A DNA stretch of 64,000 nt from Oculina patagonica. Taxonomy: Eukaryota. Position numbers and translations under genes: made by a program. Below, piece by piece: positions 36,601 through 48,600 of this stretch. Below the pieces are notes generated by a model, which saw only the letters and a program-made list of their open reading frames with translations, did no database searches and was not told where the DNA came from. The stretch's first letter is position 1; each line of letters starts with the position of its first letter. The stretch lies in contig NC_135769.1 in NCBI RefSeq assembly GCF_052425735.1, forward strand, positions 18,538,001 to 18,602,000. Reading direction: 5' to 3'.

Positions 36601-39600
36601 GTGAAAATGAGTAGCAGTAAACTGATAGAGGTGTTTGGTCATATCGTGTTCAGTTTTACACGAGGCGTGACAGAGCACTACAACCCAGAAGAACCTGAAT
36701 TCACGGCAGAGACTATTGGCTACGAACTTCTACAAAGCACAGGTCGAGAATGGTATTATCTTCCTGTTGATGAGCTCATTTATCAAGAATACAGCGACAG
36801 AGAAGCCACAAGCTTGGACTACCTAGCGTCTAGCAGTCTCGATGTAAGTGTTATAGACGCGTGTTCGCCAGAGGAAAATGAAGAAACACAGGACGATCAA
36901 CAAGATGAAGATAGACCAATGGCTTGGAAGCGACTCAGACCATCCGCTCTCCGTACAATTTGTAAATCAATGTACATTGGAGCTTTGATTTCACTACTAA
37001 CTGCTACCATCATAGGTTCAGTATACATGTTGATTACTTATCTCTCTTACAAAACTAAACTTACCTGCCAATTTCAGCCAGAGAAGTCAATACCATTACA
37101 ACTGCAGTGGTTGAAAACAATTTGTGATATCATCTCATGTGCGTTTATTTACGCGTGGTGCTTTGCAACGATGTTGTTTCTTTTTCGCCCGTATCAGTTA
37201 ATGGGGGTGAAAAGAAAACTGATTCTGGTATCCTGCCTTGGCTACTGTCTAGATACAGTTTATCGTGTGCTTCTACAAGTCCTTGGAATCTCTCATTCCA
37301 AGATTTCTGCGTTACAAAAGATTCCACTCAACGTCATCTTTCTAATCAGTGTGTGTTGTCAAGTCTATTTTATAACTAATCACTTCCGTATGCGACGGAC
37401 AAGAAGACAGCAAGGGACTTTTTTCTTACAAATGATTCTGCCCGGCTGTTGCCATTTCCTTGTTGGTTTCACTGCAGCCTCTTCTATCTACCCAGTGTAT
37501 AACAAACAAGACAAGGAAGGCAAATTGCTAATTGCAATTTTCTCTCCTCTCATTGTAGTCGTTCTCAAAGCAATCTCGAGAATTTCCGTTCAGCGGTTAT
37601 GGAACATTACCCATCCGGGATATTCGTACGCCTTGTTAGTGCCGCTGTATTTTGGCTCAGCGGTTATGTTTCGAGTTTTACAAGCGGATCTTGACACTTT
37701 GCAATCCATCGCTATTCTTGGAATAATTCATGGCGCTGCAGAAGTCATAGAGCGAAGCACCATGGTTGTTATTGATCACATTTGTCATGTTATTTGCAAA
37801 CGAACATCAGCTCCTTGGGGAAGGTTTCGTACTCCTCGCTGTGAAAGACTAATGGCTGATATCGCTATCATGAGCATGTTATATGAATCAACTGCTATAG
37901 TGGCCGTAAATGGATTTTTGCACTTTTACCAGTTAATTTTTGTACAAGACGCTTCCTGCTTAGAGTTACTACAGTCTTTTGCAGTTAAAACGTCAGTTCC
38001 GCTGATTATTGAGTGGTTTTTCACCAGCGTATCTCTAGCGATCGAGACTCGCTATCAGAATATGGCTGTCATGGCTGTTTGGCGAAGAAGATGGAAAAGA
38101 CACATCTTGGTAGCAATCGTAAATGTAGTACCATTAGCTCTGTGGACTTGTACTAACCTCATAGAAGTTGTACATGGACGTTTTAACGAGGCTAACCAGT
38201 CTTGCAAAATGCCGTTTACTTGAAAGCAGCAAGTAATAAATTATAGAAGTACCCAGGACAAAGAAATTGCAGAAATCGCATTCCTGTAAACTGAACTCAG
38301 TAAACGGCCTAAGTATGCTATTGTATGCGTCATTTGGTTTTATTAGGATACAAGAAGCAATGTTTTGTACTTTGTAACTGTAGTTTTCCGAACAAAAAAT
38401 CTCTATTCGATCTTCAGAGAGGATCATAGGGACACTTGAACACTTCTGCTTCAAGATAAGTTTTACCAGCATTCAATAAAGAATTCGCAAAAATTAAGCT
38501 TGAAACAAATATTTGGAGAAAAAGATTGCTTTGGACAACGTTGTCGATACGATTTTACCTCAGTGCATTGCGATAATAATCCTTAATAACGAAACAATGA
38601 GGGAATTAATAAGCATAATCTATAATACCTTCATAATCTATAATACCTTTTATAATCTATAATACCTTTTGTCTGTGTTTAGGGACGGAACATTATTTTT
38701 CTGGAGGGGGAGGGGGTGGTATGAAACTATTTAAAAAAATTGTTGCATGGGCTAAAAAGATAAAACAAATTGCTTGCAAACACGATATGTATAAAAAATA
38801 GTTTGCATCCGCGAAATTTAAAAAAAAAGTTTGCAGAGGAAAATTTTTCATATCCCCGGAAACAGTTACGACTTTTAAAATAAAAGCGAAAAAAACCTAA
38901 GTTTACTGCCTTTTCTCTAATGCTTTATTTTTACATCTCAGGAAACCAAAAAATCGAAGTCAAGACGTGAAGTTCAGGCAATGTTAATGGTGCATTTCAC
39001 TGTTATTTTTGGCACAACAAGAATATAGTTTTATTAGTTTATTACTCAAATACAGTGGAATTTCGAATTCTAGATCCCTCGATTTCTCGAACTTTCCAAT
39101 AACTTGAAGCAAAAGTCGTTTTCTTTGGATTTACATAAATTAGTTTCACTCCCAATTTCACGAATTCTCGAAACAATTTTCGTTTTTTATAGTGATTCGA
39201 AAAATCGGTCCATTTTAACAAAGTGCTACTTTATTAACTGCAGTCCCACATCAATTAAAACGATTCTCGCATTTTAATTGTCGGGACTTTTCCCTGACCA
39301 CTCAAGCAAGCAGTCTAGTCAAAAGACTTTTAGATTCGTATGTAAATTGCCCATTTCAAATCATGTGATGGTTTCTAAAGAACTTTCTTTTATCTTTCTG
39401 AAAGTTATCCATTTATCTACACGTGGATTTTTTTTACATTTGAAAGAAATAATTCTCAAGGGTAACATCACATTGTCTCAAATGGGGCAACAGACAAACA
39501 AAGCTAAAAACGTCTACTCGGTAAACTTTGTTTCCCTTTCAGCGTTTAACGGTAGGAGGTACTCATTCTTAAAATTATGCTTTATACTTGGTATTTGATT

Positions 39601-42600
39601 CAATCTTTAAAACAGGTGAGCCTGACGTTATTTTGACTACTGCAAATACGTTCAAGTCCTACTTCAAAATGGTTTCCGCCGAACATTCGAGCAATACAGG
39701 CAAAAATAAAGTTACCACAAAGTTTTTCATAGCATGGTAACAGTTTGAGTACAGCTGACAAAAACTTACCAAAACTTTAGCTCTCAAGCTACCCCACGAG
39801 AGAAAAATGGATTTGAACTTATCTACATTTCAGTTAAAGAGACGTTTCACGCCAGTTTAAAACAAAATGGCGGGCGTTTTAAACATTTTTACGAGGTTTG
39901 ACTTTAATTTACTCGAGAATGCTTTAGAGTTTAATCACGGGGTCACTTTCAAATAGTATATAAAATTTTACCGTTCTACGAGCAGTTTTTGGTGATTAAT
40001 TTTTGCACTTATTGCTCGAACTTTCAGCGGAATCCGTCTTAAAATAAATGATCACCCATTTACTTTTTAGGGACTTTTCCCTAATCACCCAAGCAAGCAG
40101 TTAATTAACTTTTCAACAGGGGGTAAATATTTTTCCAACAATGAAAAGAAATACTGAATACAAAAGAGTTTCACTTTCAGTTCCATCGACGGATATAAAA
40201 AACACTGAACAGAAATCTGTTAACTATCATTCCAGCGTCAATGTGTTAGGTCGTATGAGATAGGTTAAAATGAGTGGCAGTACACTCATAGAGGTGTTTT
40301 GGCATATCGTGTTAGGTTTTACACGAGGCGTGACAGAGCACTACAACCCAGAAGAACCTGAATTCACAGCAGAGTCTTTTGGCTACGATCCTCTTCAAAG
40401 CACAGGTCGAGAATGGTATTATCATCTTGTCGATGAGCTTATTTATCAAGAATACAGCGACAGAGAAGCCAGAAGCTTGGACTATCTAGCATCTAGCCGT
40501 CTTAATGTGAAGGTTATAAACGCGTGCTCGCCAGAGGAAAACGAAGAAACACATGAAGATCAGCAAGACGAAGACAGAGCATTAGCATGGAAAAGATTTA
40601 GACCATCCGCTCTCCGTACAGTTTGTAAATCAATGTACATTGGAGCTTTGATTTCACTGCTAACTGCTACCATCATAGGTTCAGTATACATGCTTATCTC
40701 GTATCTCTCATACAGAACTATTCTTATCTGCCAATTTACGCCAAAGAAGTCAATACCATTACAAGTGCAGTGGATGAGAACAATTTGTAATATCATCTCA
40801 TGTGCGTTTATTTACGCGTGGTACTTTGCAACGATTTTGGTTCTTTTTCGCCCGTATCAGTTAATGGGGGTGAAAAGAAAACTGATTCTGGTATCCTGCC
40901 TTGGCTACTGTCTAGATACAGTTTATCGTGTGGTTCTGCAAGTCCTGGGAAGGCCTTATTTCAAGACATATGCTTTACAAAAGATTCCACTCAACGTTTT
41001 GTTTTTTATCAGTGTATGCTTTCAAGTTTATTTTATAACGAATCACTTCCGCATGCGACGGACAAGAAAAGAGCAGGTGACTTTTTTCTTACAAATGATT
41101 GTGCCTGGCTGTTCTCATTTATTTTTTGCTTTCACTGCAGCCTATTTTATTTACCCAGCTTTTAACAAACAAGACAAGGAGGGAAAATTGCTAATCGCAA
41201 TTTTTTCTCCCGTGATTGGAGTCGTTCTCAAAGCAATCTCGAGAATTTCCGTTCAGCGGTTATGGAACATTACCCATCCGGGATATTCTTATGCCTTATT
41301 AGTGCCGCTGTATTTCGGCACAGCGGTGGGATATCGAGTTTTACAGGCGGATCTTGACAGTTTGCAGTCCATTGCTATTCTTGGAATAATTCACGGCGCT
41401 GCCGAAGTCATAGAGCGAAGCACTATGGTTGTTATTGATCACATATGCCATGCCATTTGGAAAAGAACATCACCTCCTTGGGGAAGTTTTCGTACTCCTC
41501 GCCGTGAGAGACTAATGGCCGATATCGCTATCATGAGTATGTTATATGAATCAACTGCTATAGTGGCCGTTAACGGGTATTTGCTCTTTTATCAAATTAT
41601 TTTCGTACAAAATGCTTCCCTATTAGAGTTACTACAGTCTTTTGCATTAAGAACTTCAGTTCCGCTGATTATTGAGTGGTTTTTCATCAGCGCGTCTCTT
41701 GCGATCGAGACTCGCTATCAGAATATGGCTGTCATGGCTGTTTGGCGAAGAAGATGGAAAAGACACATCTTGGTAGCAATTATAAATGCTGTGCCTTTGG
41801 CAACGTGGACAAGTACTAACCTCATAGAAGTTGTACATGGAGGCTTTAATGATGCTAAACAGCCTTGCAAAATGCCATTTACTTGAAAGCAGCAAAGAAA
41901 GAAACAAACTCTACATGTACGCAGGGCAAACAAATTGCTAAAGAAAGACTCCTGTAAAACTCAGAAGAAAGCCCGGGGATGCTCTTGCACGCGTCATTTG
42001 GTTCTATTTAGGATACAAGTAGCAATGTTATTATTTATTTTTTTAACAGTAGTTTTCTAAACAAAAAATCCTTCAATTGAGTTAATTGACAGTAAAACAC
42101 TTATGGCTCAGCACAAGAGATAAAAATAAGCTTGAAACAAATAATTGGCGCAAAAGATACGTGATTGGTTTGGGTAACATTGTCGAAACGATGTTATCAC
42201 AGTCAACAGCGATGATAATCGTAAATAACGAAGCAATAAGGGAATCAATATAATGGACGTAACGTTTCACAGTTCCTAATCCCTACAAAATTGTAAAGAC
42301 GTCACGATATATTTAATCACTGTATATTACGGCACGATATATTTAGTCACGTTATAAAATGTCACAATATCTTATGTCACTATAGTCGCATTGTGTAACG
42401 TCACGATATATGTTGTCACGGCATATTATGTGACGACATTATATTTCGACATGTCACGACACATTATTATTGATTGAGATGTGTGGCGATATATTTGTAA
42501 TAAGTATTTGTGATGTATAAACTTGTATATAATTATATGCAAAAGCACTTTCAACATATGGAAGCAATGATAGGTCCGATTTTTAAGGTAGACAAAAAAC

Positions 42601-45600
42601 AAAAATAATGATCAACATTGCATAAATTTGGGGCAAATTACTCGACTCCCGTAGCCTGCAGAACAGGCGGTTTTTTTTGCGGGTCGAAGCGCAAAGTGCG
42701 AGTTTTTATTTCGCGGGTTGCGTGGGGGCGAGCGCGAAGGAAAAATAAACGTGCTCGTGGGTCGCGCTTCGCAAAAAAACCCTGCAAAAAATAAACCGCC
42801 TGTTCTGCAGGCTACGACTCCCGTTGGGGGAACTCGGAAAATCTTTTTCCGAGTATTCTACTTGAGCCCCCACTTGAGAACGCTTCTTCATTCATTTTCA
42901 CTTTATCCAAGTTGCCATTCCACTTAACATTTTTATTTATTTTTTTTCAACCCGGGTGGAAGGGGGAATGCCCGTCGTCTCGCTTAAGTGTATACATTCA
43001 ACTCTTTCTTAGACAGACACTGTCGGGACCGGTTCCAATTGCCGTCTTAGAGAGGTGTCCATCTTACAGGGAGTTTAATTACAGTAAAATGACTGAATAA
43101 CGACAGGGAAGGGACCAACACCAGGTGTTCGTCTTATAGGTGTTTGTTAAAAGAGATTTGACTGTAAATTATGGATATTGGTCTCTCTAAAGGATTTCAG
43201 GACATAACGGATTTTTTGCTGTCAGTCTCGTTTAGGGTTGCATGTGAAGATTATAGTAATTTAAAAAACGTTGTGTTGGCGGTATACAGTCAAATTTCTG
43301 TTGTCTTGTGATTATGTTAATTTTATGATTCTATAGCAGCGTGTATTCAAGGAGAGGTGGCTATTTAATCAAGGTACAATTAAAAATAAATGTTCAGTAT
43401 CACCATTACTCACGTTTGTTTTGATATTCTTGGCCCTGTCTGCATACAGAAGTGTGTTACGAGTTTCCTCAAAGGATCCACTTGCAGGACTTGCATGAGC
43501 AATCATGACTGTCCGACAGTTACCACCCAATGAATCCTGCAAAATTAAAAGGGGTTATATCAGCATCTGTTTCCCATCAGCTACCAATACAAAGTCAACT
43601 AAGCAGGTCTTTAGAAATCAGCAACCAGTTAAAAAGAATGATATAGCCATGTGATGTAAAAAATATATTCTGATACCGTAAAATGCTGATTCTATCGTGA
43701 TGTACACCCCCTCCCCTAAATTATAAGCTCCTCCTGTTATAGGCCCATTTGCTAACAAAAACATTGTACTGGTCGTGATCCCTCCCAGATATAAGCCCTT
43801 CTCTCATCCAATTTTTCCATATTAACTTACATGTACTAAAATCCTCACAGAAGGTAATTTGCAATTCTCGTACAAAAAGGCAATGACATGTTTGCAAGTA
43901 GAGGGCAGATCAAAAGGTTTAAATAGGGTACATGTAGCTTTCTTATAACATATCCCTGGTTAATCATATAGTGTTTTTTTTGGTCAGCTAATTCCCAAAC
44001 AGTCTTTTTAAGCCGCTTATGGGCCACCTACATATAAGCTCCCCTAGTCAGCCCACCCAAAACCCTTATTAAGTTGTCAAAGTGACATAACACGTTACTG
44101 TACCTTTAAGAGCCTGGTCAGTTTACTATCTCTGTAGTTGACATAATGGCCACGATTTTCACCTGAAATTAGTGGAAAGAATGACTAGTTAGGATCGCTT
44201 CATAAGTCATGGAGCAGCTAGGTTTGAATTGAATGTCACAAAACCAAAACCAAAGTAATCACTCTGGCCACTCACAAAGGACACAAACAATCCAGGGATG
44301 CAGCAAAACTTGAAGAAAATGTATGTAGCCGGAGTGAAGTATGGGGAAATGTGTGTGAGTGAGTCACAATTTGTTTTGGTTTGCCTTCTTTTCAGTAAAT
44401 GTAGTAATGCAAAACCAAAGCATGTGCATTTATTACTTTCACAGTCAATTGAAAACCACTGTACTTCCAGTAAGTTAGGGTTTGTACTTACTCAATGCAT
44501 TGATGCAGTTTCCCAAGGCAAGCAGGGAACGGTTGATGTGTGCTCCTTCTATCATCCTTTTGCCACGATTCTAGAAGGGAAAAAAGTAGTTGCCTCTTTA
44601 CTGCAAGCAGAAAAAAACGCCACAAACTAAAAGCATGAAATTCTGAACACTAATACAAGTAGAAGAAATGTGTGGCATTTAGTAACGAGAATGTATCTTT
44701 TGAGCTTGGGATTACTTGCCTTGGTCTGTGCAGCTCTCTCAGATCCAGCCAAATCAATCATGAAAAGCTTCCCAACTCTAAATTCATCAATTGTATTTTT
44801 GACACGGCTCTTCTGGGTTACTGTTACCTATAAAAAAATGGCAAGTGTGATGTACATATTGTGTGGTTCCAGAAAATGTCCACACTCCCCCCACAGAAGG
44901 GTTTGGAAATTCCTGGGGGTGGGGGAGGGGAGGGGGTTCTCAGAGGCCAAAAAACTTTGAAGGAAATTTATGAAGCTTAATTGGAATTTCCAGAGGGTGG
45001 GGGTCCTTAGGAAAAATCCCTTCCATGGGGGGGTTTGGATAATGTTTGGAACTACACATTAGTTGCATGAATTAAATCATTTTGTAGCTCAGATTATTCA
45101 ACACAAAATGCCACCGAAAATAATTAAAAATTCTAAAAGTAATGAACCCTTGAAAGTAGTGACCCCCCAAAAAGGGATAAAATTTAAGGATTGTTATAGC
45201 CTGTTTCAGTTGTTCGGTTTATAGGGAACAACACGAAAAGAAAACGTGGAGCAAAAAAATAAGAAGAGGCTGGGGGTGGGGAGAGAGCAAAGGAACATAG
45301 CCTACATGTGGCTGTGACACCCAAGATTCCTTTTTTGAGGGGGAAGGGGAGGGGTAAAAATTATCTTGGAAAATGTTATTAAGACAGTGCAGTTAATATC
45401 CAAAGGTAGCTCTTACCTGGAGGATTGCATGTGATCTTGATGAAGTTTTGTTGGCAGCGGTTGGCTCACTTGTTCTTTGTTTGTTTCCCATTACAAGCAA
45501 GTCCATTACCTTAATAAGTAAGAACAGAAATAAAATAAAAAATAAATACTATAAATGCAACGAAGTGATATTTAATAAATAAATATTAAATAAATTGAAT

Positions 45601-48600
45601 AATTATGGTGGATTTTCATCAGTTCTTAATTTGGCAAATTAATGCCCATTTTCACATGACTTCATTGAAAGTAATACACATTTGCTTTGGTTTTACATTT
45701 AGAGCGGTTTTCACTTGAGTGTCGAAAGTTAATTGCGTTTGCTTTGGTTTTGCATTGCTACGCTTAGTGATTGGCTCAAAAATCTTGCGCCACTTTCTCA
45801 GCCAATCAGAACAAAAACCAAAACCAATCATGACTCGCTCGCGCACGTTTTCCCACGCTTCGTGCCGGCCACATGTATTTGCTTCGAGTTTTGATTGGTT
45901 CACTGGATTGTCTGTGTTCTTTGTGATTGGCCAGAGTAATTACTTTGGTTTTGGTTTTACGACACTCAATTGAAAACTGCTCTACTAGATTTAGTGATTG
46001 GTTTTTATAAAACACTAGTGCCACTTTTTTCAACCAATCAGAAGTGAAGCCAAATTCAATCATGACTCACTCAATACACCTCACGCCAGCTGCATAAGTA
46101 TTAACTTGAATATTGATTGATTCACTGGATTGTTTGTGTACAGTTTGTGACTGGCAGAAGTTATAACTTTGGTTTTGGTTTTACCACACTCAATCAAGAA
46201 TTCCTCTGGCCCAAAGGCTCCATAGCAACAGTCTGGTATCAGTAAAGTGTAGTGTGACTGTATGCACACCATTTCAAGTGTCAGATATCAAACTGTACTA
46301 ACCTCACTAGTTTTCTTGGCTTGAACTTCAGAGATCCCAGCCACCACAACTCCCCGACCATCTTCACGCAACTCAAGAAATCCAGATGATGGGTTTAACA
46401 AGTCACGAATCATTTCATTGTAGATCTATAGGATAAAAGGAAGAATAAATTAAGTAACATCATGCAAATTTTTCTTTATTGGTTTATTTAAATCTCATCT
46501 ATGGATTGTAAAACCCGGCAGTAACCTGCAACAAACTAAATTCCCTGACTTTTTTTTCTTTGAAAAGACTCTTAGAATTTTTATGGCCATCAAATTTCTT
46601 GTCTTTTGCCAAATCTGTAGCAACAACAGCACAGGAGGCCAAAGAGTCTTTAGTTTAAGCAAAATCTTAAGATTCTCATGATGCGCTGATTTTGTAACTA
46701 CTAATTTAAGAGAAGCTACACTGTAAATTATTATTGAATTCAGATGATAAGACTGACAATAGAACTTACTTCCAGATAGGACATCGATACTTTGTATTTC
46801 ATATCTTCCTTGGTCTTGTCCATTTCAAAGAAAAGATCATTTAAGGTACGTGCCATTATACCAGGTTCTTTGTCAGTACCTAACATGGTGAAGGTTTTCC
46901 CAGCTCCTAAAACATATTAAAAACACATCTGGAATATTTTCATGTTGTCTTCAAACTGTTTACCATATGTTCCGGTATATCAAAATTTTAAATGGCTTTA
47001 TTTACTTAATATTAAAAGGTCTATAAACAGTGCATCAAATAAATGAAATGACCAAATCAAATCAGATCTGTTTGGTTTCCTTAATTACAGTTTTTCAATT
47101 AGCCCAGGGTTTTCACCAAAAGCAGCTGGTTTGAGTATAGTTACCAAAGTGTTTGAAAGAATCTTTCTTTCATTAAGTTTTAATGAGAATTAATCAGGAA
47201 AATAGTCAATTTGTCTGAGCAAAAGAAAATTCAGAAGCCAAAGCTTTTCATTCGCCTAAATTGCTTATTAAATGCACCATGCATGTATAGCCGTCCCTAG
47301 CTCCATGTCTGAGTTACACTATTTTCAACTAAACTACAACTATTACCAAAATCATTTTGTACCTGATCAACTTACAATGACATACCAGTATCATTATTTT
47401 ATTAGTGGTACTAGAAATTTGGGCTCTCTTGATAGAATGGGGTGTTAGGTACTTAACATTGAAAAAAAAAAATTTTTTTTTTTTTTTGGGGGGGGGGGGG
47501 TGAAATCTAGGATCATTAATCTGATGTCAAAGGTGACAAATAACGTTTTTTACTACAGCCATTTAACTATGATTCCTGTAATTTTCACTTTTACCTGTTG
47601 CTCCATAAGCAAAGACTGTAGCATTATATCCTGTGATGACATTTTCAATCAAAGGTTTGGCCACTGCCTTGTATACTTCAGCCTTTGAAAAGAACATTCA
47701 ATTTATTCACATTTTTTATTTTGTTTCAACAAGTTTGCATTTGAGCCCAAGAAGCCTTGATGATCGTGAGTGCCTTCTTCTGTAATCAATAGCAAAAGCC
47801 AACCGGTAAAGGGAATCCCCCTAAGTGTTAAAAGTAATTCACATTAACTTTGGTTTTGCATTGCTACACTAACATGTAGAGATTGGTTCAAAAACCTTGC
47901 ACCACTTTCTCATCCAATCAAAAAAACAAAACCAATCGTGACTCACTCACATGCATATTTTCCCACACTTTGCGCCATTAACATAATTAACATTTAGTTC
48001 GAGTTTTGATCAGTTCACTGAATTGTCTGTGCCTTTTGTGATTGGGCAGAGCGATCACTTTGGTTTTATGGCACTCAATTGAAAACCACTCGACCTGCTA
48101 TATATTATGTTGTTACTACCCTTGTATGCGCAGTGGCCTTGTGGCTAGTTGAGGTTTGAGCCATAGCCAGGGCACTGCATTATGTTCTTAGCGAAGACAC
48201 TTTACTCTCATACTACGTCTATTCACCCAGGTGTATACATGTATAGGTATCGGCAAATTTAATGTTGGGTGGTAACCCTGCGATCCTGGGGGAGTAGAAA
48301 TTACTCCTGTCACTTCATGCTACGGAAACTGGGATAAGCTTCAGCCTATTGGGCCAACTAGGCTTCTATGAGGCCCTGCCAGGGGGGTTCCCGTGTTTCT
48401 TGTCTAAATTTAAAAATGCGCCATGTCGCTGTTTTATCAAACTTCGTGTCACTGTCGGTAGTAAAATTGAGTGGAAATTAATTACTTGTCCTTGTCCGAA
48501 TTAAAGTTTTTCCAATAGGGTTGTCGTTTGTCGCAATTTTATTGTATGTGCTGTCGCTACTTTTTGGGCCATGTCACTTGTCGGAATTTACCCTGGCAGA

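Noticed and set aside
22998-41886. Array proteins as rhodopsin-class GPCRs
   Set aside because: About 11 hydrophobic segments rather than 7, no DRY or NPxxY motifs, and a predicted cytoplasmic N-terminus.
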